From Phoronis australis (Eukaryota; Animalia; Phoronida), in the NCBI GenBank assembly GCA_002633005.1, contig NMRA01000986.1, forward strand, positions 2,411-66,410: 64,000 nt of DNA, given 5' to 3'. The notes below the pieces were generated by a model that worked only from the letters and a program-made list of their open reading frames with translations, was not told the origin of the DNA and ran no database searches. Numbering within the stretch: position 1 is the first letter of the stretch; every line of letters starts with the position of its first letter. Made by a program: the position numbers and the translations under genes. Of this stretch, positions 52,301-64,000 are shown piece by piece.

Positions 52301-54117
52301 TTCTAACAGGCTGGCCAGTTCCTTTGTCTTTCACACTCCCATTCGTGCCAGATTGCCAATCAACTCCTATTCTTCCAAGTGATCTAGTGCGTTAACACTT
52401 TTCAAGTATTTTACAATATCTTTGTTGTAAGTAACACAGCGGCTCGCTGGCTTTGCCGATTCCCTTCAGAGCATGACCTATTTTCGTGAACCACATTCCG
52501 TTTCTTAGCTAATGTGAATAACGCAATATTTCGCTCAAATAATGCTCGAAGCAATTCTGGTTATCTTGAATAAAATTTAATATGATTTTTTATTACGATT
52601 TACTTCCAATTTGGACCATATTTTTCATATTTTCTGCTTTGCCGCCCTCTATTGGTGGCAGTATGAAACAGGTGGAAGTGGTGAAAGTGCCTTCCCCAAA
52701 GTGTAAATTCGAGAATTAAAGAAGGTGCTGTCCACGGAAAGAACGATATCTTTTCAAAGACGAGAGCTGTAGCTATCACAAAACCCATGTGTGGGTGGTG
52801 TGCGTTTTTGGGCGCTTGAATTACCTAGGCCTCTATATAGGTCTAAATTGGTAACTGTATTTGGCCCGTGGTGGCAAGGCATTCAAACGTTCCTTAAAAA
52901 TGTAAAAATATGTCATTCTGAATTATTTTTGGCATTCTCAGTTTTTATTTTTTAAACTCCCGCAAAGTGGTTTAATACCCATGGAAACATACCGCAATTT
53001 CAACAGTCGCGCACAAGGGGTTAGGTCATTTTTTTCACCCGTTTTAGTTATTCGTTATATATTTACAAACTGACGAATGAAAAAACTAATTTTTATATTT
53101 TTGTAGCTAATTCACCCCAAGTGATATATGTACCATATCAAATTCAAAATTCGTGACATGTCATGTTCCCATAATATTGCAAATTGCCTGACGTTCTCGT
53201 GCAGTGACTCTGAATCATTTGTTAATAACAATAACACGCCACTTACACTTGTACAGAATAAATATTTATATACAGTAAATTTCATTGTAAAAACTATATA
53301 AGGGCACCAAACTCGCTTTTGCCAACAAAATTCTTATTGCACTAACACTTTTTGCCGAGCTTAGACAAAGACCATCTGCTTCGAACCCTGGGAATTCCTT
53401 TTTATGACAGAATGAGGATTAGTTGGAAATGGACTTTAATTCTTACCATCTACATAAATTTATTCAGGTGCGGTCCCAAAACAGGTTTTTGTATTCAATC
53501 GTTAAAAGTGAATTTAACACCCCTTTAAATTGATACTGAACGTGATGTGATGATTTTATATACATGTGGTAGTACTTGTGCAATCTTTGGAAAAAAGTGA
53601 ATTGCAGCTGGCATTGTCATATTCAATTTTTCTGAAAGTGTTCCAAGAGCTGGGTGCTGATTTCTAGCTGTCCTAAAGCCTCATCCCTTCTCCCGAATTA
53701 TTTGTGTGCAAATTTTATGGTCAGAATTGACACAGTGTCAATAAAGCGAGATGCAATAGATTTTGTATTCTACATTCACCTGAACAATACTGAGTATCAA
53801 TAACACAATTTAATTTATGAATCATATAAAGTTAGGTAACTACCAAGCAAAGATCCATCGCTAGTTCCATTCATGGTTGGAAAGTTGATGACACAGTGTT
53901 CATGTTTGCATTTCTACCGAGTCAGTACCGAGTGATGCTTCAAATCAGTAAAGACTACACATGTACAACAAGCCAATGCTCAGTAAAACCTAGCTCCTGT
54001 TTTGTTTTAAATCCGTCGTTCTGCAATCGGTGTTGGTATTTTAACTGCGAGAACAGTGGTCCTACCGATGTTATTTTGGATGATACTGATGGTGATGACG
54101 ATTTTGATGAACTTTAG
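49310..54117 (+). mobile_element. Decayed intron-containing Academ-like transposase gene (XPG-like and Cys-rich C-terminal parts)
   Basis: Ordered motifs ILSSNTNK, DHEAADTEML, DVCSALIGLHVFTG|gtaagg (50069), cag|GT GCG (53468), FQELG..ELFVCKFYG, SVNKARC, HIKLGNYQA, HGWKVDD, Cys cluster and acidic tail ending at 54117. Confidence 0.8.
50190..53210. mobile_element. Sola3-like TIR element inserted in the Academ intron
   Basis: TIR GAGTCATTGCATGAGAAAGTCAGGCA...GGGAACATGACAT / ATGTCATGTTCCC...TGCCTGACGTTCTCGTGCAGTGACTC; flanks TTAA and TGAA. GAG termini with a TTAA target are Sola3 traits. Confidence 0.65.
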
Positions 54118-55589
54118 AAACATGTGTGTATGACAGAAGCATGTGTTTTCATGAATGTCAGCAAAAATAAGTAAATACGTAAATAATTTGCCTTTGAGCG
54201 AAATTTCTGTAAAATTTTGCAGGAAATGTGTCCAATTTTGGGAAACTATTAAACAGCAGTTTCAATAAATTTCCGAGCTCTATTGACACTTGATTGAGCT
54301 CATGTTCAGGTAGAATTTCAGTAGAACGACATTTTGACTGCTTGCTTTTGAAAAAAACTCTTTTTTTCTAAAACTGACTCATTAAAAAACAGGGTGCGCT
54401 TTTTCTCATTAGTATTGAATATAAAACCTAGAAACCTATATTTCTACTTTGATAAACATTTTGATGAACAACATGCCCTAAACTTATAAAATACTTTAAG
54501 CAGTTTTGTTGTTTCTGTCTGATTCTGAAATGTGAAAGTGATGCTTGCTGTTTTCAATGGGGCAAAGTGCTGTTTTTAATCAAGTAGTCAATAAAATTTG
54601 GTGAAAATGAATTAAATCTTTGAATCAAATATTCTTATCGAAAGAAATGCAAAAGCCTTATGTTGTTACCATACCCTCGTTAGAGTAATTTTCTAAGCGT
54701 TATGAAGACGTAAAAAAATGACAAAATTCATTAAAATTGACTGAAAACCAAATTTCAAAGTCGGTTTCAAGAAAAAAATCTCAATTGGCTTTGTTTGTTT
54801 TCATTTTGAGCACATAGTCATATTGTGTTTTGGTGTAAAACGATGGCTTTACTGGTGTTAAAACTTAAATAACTTTTGACAAAAACGCAAACGGAGCTTT
54901 GAGCTAACCAAATAGGAACAGGAGCGGTTAACTCCAACCAACATTTTAGTTTTAATTTGTAAAAAATGATATAGAACTGTGAGGTTTGTGTTTTATACGT
55001 GTATTTTACACATGTTGTGCAGCACACCAAAGTGAAAAAACTATTGGAATATGAATACATTGTGTGTTTCTATGGTTACAATTAACATCATGGAGTTTTT
55101 ACGTCAGGTAGTTTGCAATTTCTTGCCGGGAGAGTATTTTCAAACTTTGCTTGTGACAAATCGTAAAGAGATAAGTTTTTCAAATTCCTCGATTGTGTCA
55201 ATTGGTACATGTATATTCTGTTTGTAAAACTGACCTGAAACGTAATATGTACGTTTAAGTTACACACTGAGAAGAAGGTAAAATGGACATAATATGTCTA
55301 GTTGTATGGACATGTAAGCATTTTTTATGTTACATCAGATGGTTAGATGTTTTGATATTAAGGTTTGATACTATGGATATTATCTCATTGGTAAATTTTT
55401 GTGCATAGATGCATTCAAACCTACAATTGATGTCTTATTCTTTCTTAAAGTCTATTGCAAAAACGGGAAAAAGTCAGATTTTTCATTTTTTGGCAATACG
55501 GGCGTAACGTAAACATGCCGTAACTCGAAAAAGAACCAAGGTCACACGGGGATTTTTGGCACAGCGTTTGGCAATGTTTTGGGTACTAG

Positions 55590-56090
55590 AAAGTGGCCTC
55601 AAACTGTAGTTTGTGGATCTGTGCTACGGAAGTTGTTTTCCAAGGCTCTTTTTGATAACACATGAGCTAGGCTTATTTACATAACGACTAGTTTCCAAGT
55701 CCGATAGGAGTTTTTCTGCACTGAACTAAAACAAAAAGATGGTTTCGGAACGAGATAAGTTAGGCTTCACACAGGGTTCAGCTAAAACTCGTGCTTAAAT
55801 AAAATGCAGGTTCTTAACTTGGGTTTTGTTACAACAGACTCAGCCCAAACATGTTTCGAGTATTCAAATAGTTTGTTTCTAGCATCTACTGTGTTACAAG
55901 TAGTAAAATTTTGAAAACATGATTGCCTGCCAGTTATGATAAACGAATTTTTAATACCGTGCATCCAACCATAGTCTACCAAAAGTGTACTCGTAATAGT
56001 AATTTTAACACGGAATGTTGAGCATGTCTTCCCTAAATTTCTTCCAGAAGCTTCATTTAACATATCACTACCTGCGACCACTGGTTATCT
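55590..56090 (-). mobile_element. 3' fragment of a non-LTR retrotransposon (RTEX/Proto2/L2-like post-RT region)
   Basis: W....TKPKLRTCILFKHEF / AEPCVKPNLSRSE / LETSRYVNKP / HFL motifs with frameshifts. Confidence 0.72.
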
Positions 56091-56109
56091 GCTATCCAAG
56101 GTGTGAGAC

Positions 56110-56290
56110 TCTCCACTTGTTGGTGACAGTCCTGTTTAGTGAATCTTCGAACTACACACACTGTATTGGGGCAGTGTACTTGCTGGTCACAGTCCCTCGC
56201 GACGCAACACTTGCAGGTCATTTCTTTTACCTCGATTCTTCTCGCTGGTCACAGTCTATGGTGACGCAACACTTCAGGTGATATCTTACT
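56110..56290. repeat. Diverged ~60-bp tandem repeat (gctggtcacagtc...gacgcaacactt..caggt)
   Basis: Two to three copies at ~56118, 56180 and 56242. Confidence 0.65.
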
Positions 56291-57789
56291 ACCCACGAGT
56301 CAATCGACAAGCTCTTGGTTAAGTTCCTGTTCGTTAACCCTTGCCCTTGCCAAGACCCTTTCTAGAATCTTCCGCGAGATGGCTCTGCTGTACAGTTTCC
56401 TCTGTACACTGTAGCAAGACTTTATGCTTCAAGTACTGTAGCTCATCTGAATAACTTCTTGATTTAACACAAATTGTAATATTCTACTAATTTAGCGGTT
56501 GGCTAATTAAAAACACATGATGATAACAAATCGTGTCATTGGCTGTTACGGTTTGTAAACACCATCTAAAAATAGATTTTGACGTCAAAGTACATAAGCA
56601 CAAATTTTGGGTAACTTAAAATGGATCAATTCTTACTAAATACTTAATCAATATTTATTTTGACAAAACCCCAACTGTTTACATTCTCTTTGAGAAGCAA
56701 AACTCTGATGTTCAAATCCTCGCTTTGAAACCGTATATTGGACAGGATTTGATTATGTAATCAGCTTTCATCATTGACGTACCAGATGAGTATTAATTGG
56801 GAATTTTTCCTCAGGTCAGCGTTCTTGTACATAAGTCTCTCCCTCAACAAAAAGTCAACATACATGTAGCCTATTTTTTAGTGTTCACAACGTCATTGCC
56901 CTGAAACTTGAATCATAGTTCTCTGTAGTTAAACAATACCACATTGCCGTCTGACAGTTTGTGTGGCATGTTTGTTGACCACTGCTTCCCGATAATGTCT
57001 CTTTACAACTATATGCGTTTGTATAATCCCCTCTTAAAGCACCCTTCCAGGCCTATGATTTCAAAGGACAATACCAGGTCCTCCACTTTTCAAAAGTAAC
57101 TCGAAATATCTGAGATTCGATTCATGCGGCTATACACTGTTTTAAAGTAATGTGCAAAAACTCATGAAACTTCACCAAATAAACCCATTGAATAGAAAAA
57201 GATGCTAAAAACTAAAATCAATTTTGGAACTATAAAGGCTAGCAAAATGACTGAAATGAAAGGAAATTTAATTTGCCACTACTTGGAATCAAAAGACCAA
57301 ATCGGCTAACACGATCCTGCAATGACACATGACCCGAATTTTGTGTTTAATCAAACGTCAATTAGAACAAGGACTCAGCAGTTTGCTTTTGCATTGAATG
57401 CAAATATTCGTCCGAAAAAAGAAAATATTAGTTATTTTTAGGATCACCAGATGTAAAGGAAAGAACACGAAAAATAAACACTGTACATTTGCGTTTTAAG
57501 TGGACGCAAACGAAGATTCTTCTGAAGTGCTTGACAAGGAAAGAAACTGAAAATGAGAGCTTATAAACTTAATCACGTATAACAAGAAAAGGACGAGGAA
57601 ACTGATGCAGCATACATGTATAAGCGCAAAGGAGACTCACAGCTGGGAAATGGTCGTCTCTAGTAAGGGAAATAGCGGAAAATAAACGAAGACTACGTAC
57701 CAGTGGTGTCATCATGAACTCACATATTTTCTGTCAAACATTTGAAAAGTAAATGTACATTTGATGGCAAAAAACAAATACTCTTTAAT

Positions 57790-58990
57790 AACTTTACCAT
57801 ATTCAACCTTCACAGTGATTTCATTCAAACATTTCAGTTTGTTGTGCCAAATTTTAATAGCAAATCGATCATTTATTGGGACAGTGCCTCTGCAAAGTTT
57901 ACAAGTTTGTTAACACTGAAAAGGTCTTCGAGTAAGGACTCTCTGAACCCCATGAACAAGTGGATGAGGGAAATTATAATGCAACTGCATGGACCATCAG
58001 CTCACAAACTGTCAGTTGAAGGTGAATTGGATTTGGTGAAACTGAGAAAGGGATTGTTAAACATTGACCCTTCTCATAGATTCCGCAGGTCGGAAAGTGC
58101 TGTTATTAACATTTAGTTTCATGGATAATTTTATGCTGTTTTGAGAGGTCAGAAGATGTGACCTCGCAGGAGTGTGGTTTTAAACAATGTAAGACGAGAC
58201 CTTTTAGGAAAAGCTCAGTGGTTCCCTGCGTGCCGCTAGGTGGGGCGGTAGCCGCGCCAGCACGCCGGTATCACTTAATTTTCCTCGGGAATGTTTTCCC
58301 CCCGTTTTTCTGATTGGCTAGTCGAATTTTCCACAAGCAGCGCTTTACGCAAACAAACTGGGATGACTGATGGACTGAAATTTAAATGTGGTCTGTTGTA
58401 CAGACAAACCGGTGCTTAAAATTTATGTTCAGGAAATGTGAAGCCTTTAAATTATGACTGCGCCTTTTCGGAATGCATCTTTCTACTGTCGATGACGTTT
58501 GTTTAGTATAGTTTCCTGTATTTATAAAGTATGAATAACACACCGGTTAAATCGGCCAGATATGTGTTTACGGTATTGTACATGTATGTGCTTGAAGCAC
58601 GCGGCTATTAAACATCACTGCAGAAACAAAATAGTTGCTGCGACGCCACTTGCATGACAAACCTAAAAATCGTTCCACAGTCCGCCATTTTCACGGAGTT
58701 GTAAAGCTAACGAATGACTGCCGAGGTTACATCGACCAATGCTAAAGGACGTGCCACTGCGAGATACCTGCGTTTTGGCTGGGCTATGCACGCAGGGAAC
58801 CAATGTGTTAGGAAAAGTATCCAGATAGCACTTTAATTACTGATGCCACCTACTGTAGTTACAAATACAAGTTCCCAGTTCTTTGCAAAAACATACCGAA
58901 AGCTACAGTACATATATAACTGTAAATACACACAGCTTGAGTTCGTGTCAACCGACACCTCTGGAAAGTTTCTCAGAGATTTTGTTCAGT
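57790..58990 (+). mobile_element. Decayed ISL2EU/Harbinger-type DDE transposase, split by a MITE
   Basis: FQFVVP...IIYW; KLSVEGELDLVKLRKGLLNIDPSHRFRRSESAVINI (HTH_Tnp_4-like); *PRRSVVLNN..[MITE]..KYPDSTLITDAT (IIDCTE-like); SYSTY..NT. Confidence 0.75.
58214..58807. mobile_element. MuDR/Mutator-like MITE with 10-bp TSD
   Basis: TIR CTCAGTGGTTCCCTGCGTGC / GCACGCAGGGAACCAATGTG; TTAGGAAAAG duplicated at 58204-58213 and 58808-58817. Confidence 0.82.
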
Positions 58991-58993
58991 CTT

Positions 58994-59530
58994 TTAGGAT
59001 GATACTGGAACTACGGTAGCAATCCATAGAATGTTTGCAGCAAGAACAAAACGAAGAATTAGAAAACGTCCTTGCAATACACAGAAACGACCGACATGAC
59101 TGCCCCGAATGCAGACTGACTTCCTTGGTAAAGTTCCTTGCTTCACTGGCCACACATAGTGAAGCTCGAGGTCATCACTGTGTAGTGATATCACGGATTG
59201 TTCCTTTTGTTGTTGCAGCCTGTTCAACAATGCTGCAGTATTAATTTGATGTTGATTTAACATTGCTCTGAATCGCTGCTCATTTAAGCGAGATGAGTTG
59301 TCACCAAACTTTTCTTGGTCTAATTAAGTATGAACTTCAGAAACAACACTCCCCTAAAGGCCCCCTAAACCTACTCGCAAACGGTCTAAAAGCTCACCCA
59401 TTCTCGTGAAATTTTCTTTGGTTTGTCCCCAAGAAGTCCGCTTGCGTGTGAAAAGGGCTGCGATATTGGCCGCAGCAAACAGGGGAATGGTAACAACAGA
59501 GAAGGGCTGCGTGTTGGTCACAGAGGATAA
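58994..59530 (-). pseudogene. Spliced convergent ORF relic, possibly the ISL2EU accessory gene
   Basis: Exon 59530-~59397 ends ATG G|gtgagc and joins in phase with ttag|AC CAA GAA at 59319; CSCCKH appears in an alternate frame. Confidence 0.35.
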
Positions 59531-61694
59531 TCTGAAGTTTGTGTCCTAGACCTCCACTGATGATACCTTTCACTTGGCCAGTGAGTACAGAGAATATGGT
59601 TTTCTTCCTCATGTACAAAACGTACATGTATAAAAATAACATTCCTGACCCGCTTGGCATTCCTCGATCCCGACATCCATTGTTCTCCAGGTATAATTGA
59701 GGTTCATAGTATACAGTGAAACATGACTCTTTAGTGACGTCATAGGGTTTTTACAATGACGAATCGAAACCTGGAAAAACAACTCACGTCGCCAAACCTG
59801 ACCCAGAAACAAAGGTACCTTGATACAAGATGGCAGCAAATGAGGATTTTGGCGGTTCCCGTTACCTACGAGTGAGTGGTGAAGTTACGAAAAAGGTGGG
59901 AATAAATTCATTATCTCATTATATCGCCTGTGCCTTCGTAATTTAGTCTACTAAACATTGCAAGTTGAATACCTTCATTATAACTAGTTGCTGTTGACAT
60001 GTAAGTTTGTATTTCCGTTACCAAAAAGAATACCGAAACTTCCCCCGACTCCAGAAAACGGTTTGGGACCATGAACTGAACGGATACAATGTACAGTCAC
60101 GTGCTGTCTAGAAATGTCACTACAAAAGTGCGTGTGACGTGATATTTGTGACATGATCAAAGCCATGTGTACTTTTCATAGACTAGTAGGCCCCTTCTGA
60201 GTGGAATCCGATGTTTTGTAAACAAAAGAGTAAAGTATTTGATTCAAGTCCTTATCTCTGAGGGTTAATCAAATTCAAAAACTTGAACATGAAAGCTAAA
60301 TTAAAGAATATATAATTTGGTATGTTGTTTACCTCTTTTCAGTTATCAAGCTAAATGCCTTTTGAGATCTTTGGACTTCAGTTAAGGGTGCACGGAACAG
60401 TTATCACTGGGGCTTTCCTACATGTATCTGAAAAGACGTCAATGCATTCGTAACTATTTTCACGTTTTCAAAACTGTATGTAAAAATTGAAAACTTTTGA
60501 GTCCTTTCACGTCAAATGCTGGCAAGCTGAAGATATATATATATACATTATCAGTGAAAGCTCATCCAGGGAATAAGAAAATTTTTAGTAATAAAATATC
60601 CGCATGCCTTTCTTTGTTATTTTGGCATTCGAAGCTTAATTACGAGAAGACTGCTAAGCTTAAATCAGATATGCTGGGCAATTCCATCTATGAAGCTAGA
60701 TTTCACCCGTTCCCAGTGTCGGTTCTTATTTTGTTAACACAACTACAATGATTTATTGGTGTTACTGCCTTGGGTTAATTTTTTCAAATAAGTTTTTCCA
60801 TACCTTTTGTCAGTCCATGAAAGACAAGAAAAGCGCTGTGGTTGCTGGCTCATTCATGAGTACACGCGCTCCATGACAACTGTGAGTCATTGTACAAGCA
60901 AGTGGTCCTGGACAGCTCTTTCACAAGCTGGGTAAATAGAACGTTGCACGTGTATTGCTGGGTCAGGTGCATCGTACAAGCACCTTATATGGTTGCAATA
61001 TACGAGAAATGTTATTGCCCGGAGGATATTTATTTTTTAAATATATTGCAATGAAACCTAATGCTTGCCCATGCAGTGTAGGCGTTACTTTTTGACTTCA
61101 GAATGTAAAATAACAAAACAACCCAGTAGTAACATCAAAACTAACACCAAGTAGGTCTTTTCCGTCCACATACGAAGAAGTATGTTCGCCTGTTGGATTC
61201 ACTGCATACAATGTACAAGTATATCTGTGTATATACACCCAAGTTGTGAAGTAAGCAAAAGGTATTTCAAGTATTTTACGTTGGCATGACAACCGAATAT
61301 TCCAAAGTTCCCAAAAGTGCCTTATTCAATCACTTTATAGAATCAGACCATTGTATTGCTTTTAATTAGGTTAATATTCTAAACCATGATAAGAATAGAA
61401 CTAATTTCAGTGAGTTGCATGCTGAGTAAAGTCGGAATAGGAATATATGGGCTTTCAACATCCAAACGTGGCACTGCATGTAGACAGTTCAGTTCATTTT
61501 ACTGGATGTCTGTCTACTTGTCACCTGTATTATGCTCTTTGATGCTTAGTTTATTGTTATTGTAAAGTGACCGAGAGCATGACTGGTATCTGGTGATCAA
61601 TGGTTGACAATGGTCATCACTTTCGTCAGCAGTAGAACCGACCTAAATTTGTCAAAGTGAACTGACGGAAATGGAAAGTTCACGATTCACTGAA

Positions 61695-63093
61695 CCAGGG
61701 CCCGGTCTCCAATCTCCGTACTCAGACTCGAATCATGCTCAAACTCACACTTCATACTCAACTCGAGTACAGACTCAGCTTTGGTGTATTCAATGTTATA
61801 CTCGAAAAATCTGTACTCGAAATTTCGAGCACGTACTCAGTTTTCGAGTGTACTCGAACTGAAGTGTATCTCATCTATATTTCGAGTACGATTTTGAGTA
61901 AAAATTCGGAGTCTATGCTCAAATTTCAAGTTTGGTATGACAGTGTGCTTGAAATCGTACTCGAAAATAAATACGAGCCAGAGAACAAAATATCGAAAGG
62001 GAACCAAGAAACACAGCAAATCTAAAAAAATAAGTCCTCTTACCGTATCTCAGCACTTCAATTTCAGTTCAGAGATAATAGTTTTCATCTTAAATCTTCT
62101 TATTCTTCACCTTATTAACCCGCCGTATAACTGTATGTTATGGCCGCCATTCTACCTCTACAATTCCTGGCAACAGGCGCATTGTAATCCCTTGTCGGCG
62201 AGTCATAACAAGCGTCGAAAGCAGTTGTGGGAAAAGTCGTGTGAGAAGTTTGTGCTGCCCTTATTTCGGTATGTGTGCCTACGTTTTGTAGGGTTTCCAA
62301 AAGACGAGGAGGGGAGGGAAGTTAAAAAAAGTTCGCTTCCCTGTCAGGTACATTTCTCATCATAACTTAGTCATCTATAATTCCTCAATCCCCAAATGGA
62401 ATTCCAGATTTTGTTTGCCGATTTCTAAGTAGACGTCTCGTCCCGTTCACTGCCACTGGTGAACTCTGAATGCCTGCACAAGTATTGTTTTTTAACTCAC
62501 GTGCCAAATGTCAACTCACTTGATACATCCCGGTAAAATACAAAGATACAGTATCAAAGTTTGACATCAGCGTAGGCCTACACAGCAATGGGTTTTATGT
62601 CAAGACTAAATTAGCAACAGAGATGTGATGTGATAAGCTGTTACAAATTTCTTTTAAAAGACGTTTTCGGGACTGGGTGAGGAACTCAAGAAGTGAAGCT
62701 TAATAATTGCCAAATGTATCAAAGAAATGGCATAAGAATATTTATTGAAACTAAAAAATGAATAACAGTTACAGAACACTCAGAATTCCACGTTATAGAC
62801 ATACTCTTGTAGTTGTAGCGACAGCAGACGATAATGTAGGCCTAGTTCTTGGAGTGGTCTATTCCAATAGAGAGCGATGAATCAGCGCGGCTTTGCGTGA
62901 TTTTGCATTTCACATCATAAAGAGTTCCATAGCAACTCGAGTATGAGTGTCAGATTTGAGTACGTTTGGAGTCTACTCGAAATACGACATTAGATACGCT
63001 TTTCTGAGTGCGACTCCAGTGAGCACGATTTTGAGTATGAAATCTCGAGTATGAGTATGAGTCTGAGTACGGAGATTGGAGACCGGGCCCTGG
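61695..63093. mobile_element. 1.4-kb non-autonomous TIR element with ACTCGA subterminal repeats
   Basis: 35-bp perfect TIR CCAGGGCCCGGTCTCCAATCTCCGTACTCAGACTC at both ends. Confidence 0.85.
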
Positions 63094-64000
63094 ATTTATT
63101 TCAGTATTTATCGGAGAATCGTTGAAAAATCTGTCTACTTTTGGACTTTTGTTTGGAGAGGGAAGGACTGTCGATACTGGCTTATACAAAATTTAGTGTA
63201 AAACGGTCGCCGTATTTCAGCACATTTGAACTCATGCTTCTAGACAGAAACACTAGGACTCATGCAAATGATATTTTGATTAGGGTTTCTTGATTTAATG
63301 TTGACAGGACTGTTAGTGTGACCTACTGTTCTCCCCCGGGCTCTGGACATCAACGACTGTTGAACAATTAGTTTAAAGCGTAGTTGATACAAAAAGGTCT
63401 TTTAATAATTGACATTATTTTGGTAGAGCATAACAATAGCAGGTCCCTGGTCGCGTTCAGGAGTCTTTGTTTCGCTACAATTTTATCTGCGTTAGTTGAC
63501 AGTGGAGTACCGCATGGGTGTCTCTTGGCGTAGAGTGTACCTGTTTGTAATGATGATGAGGGGTCTTTATGCATTCACAATTATTCACTGATTTAGCAAA
63601 TTTCATTTCTATTCATTATCAATGAAAGCAGCCGGTTCAGCTAAAGGAAGTCACTTTAAGCTAAAAACTAACTTTAATTTAAGCCACAGAAGTCTTCATA
63701 CAGCCGTATCTTTACTGTTCCACGTGTCAATGTAATAATCCAAAAAGGTTTTTTCGGTCACGTGGCAAGAAAATATTGTCCACGAAAAAGTGTTGGGTTA
63801 AAAATATTTATCTGTTGACTTGCAACCCCTTGAAAATATTTCAACAGAGCATAAACATCTCCCACTAACATTGCCCCTACAATAACAGGAGTGGTTTAAC
63901 GTAATATGTATTGCGGTGTTGTCTCTAATAGTTCGTAGACTAGTGTACGAACTATTTTTCCCTAGAGAGCTTTGCATCCCAATTAATAGAGACAAAATCG

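Noticed and set aside
55680-55700. TAGTCG-like right end for the second Academ element
   Set aside because: It lies within the LINE coding relic (LETSRY) and no matching left TIR was found.
960-63995. Most 60-130 aa ORFs in the supplied track
   Set aside because: Many start at non-ATG codons, have intron-like composition and show no domain motifs; this is expected by chance in 64 kb.

Overview
AT-rich (roughly 60-65% A+T by eye), intron-rich, repeat-dense animal genomic DNA, most likely a marine invertebrate (inference from repeat types). Most short ORFs in the track are spurious. (1) From 1.5 to 19 kb on the + strand is the 3' part of a spliced gene. I joined eight exons by hand with GT-AG boundaries and matching phases (1326 nt, 441 aa plus stop). 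They encode ankyrin repeats, an acidic linker, a PB1/ubiquitin-like module and a SAMD3-like helical module, ending at what looks like a premature TAA. (2) From 21.2 to 23.5 kb is a 1.14-kb tandem duplication split by a single N, probably an assembly artefact. (3) From 23.6 to 39.6 kb on the - strand is a decayed or non-coding multi-exon locus with possible mucin/WxxW/CUB/kringle-like relics. It is preceded by three tandem copies of a short-exon cassette, one of them split by an Academ-like transposon. (4) From 41 to 63 kb is a nest of decayed transposons: ISL2EU-, Harbinger-, Academ-, Sola3- and MuDR-like elements, two LINE fragments and MITEs. The palindrome TACATGTA is strongly over-represented across the window. 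All family calls come from remembered motifs, not database searches.
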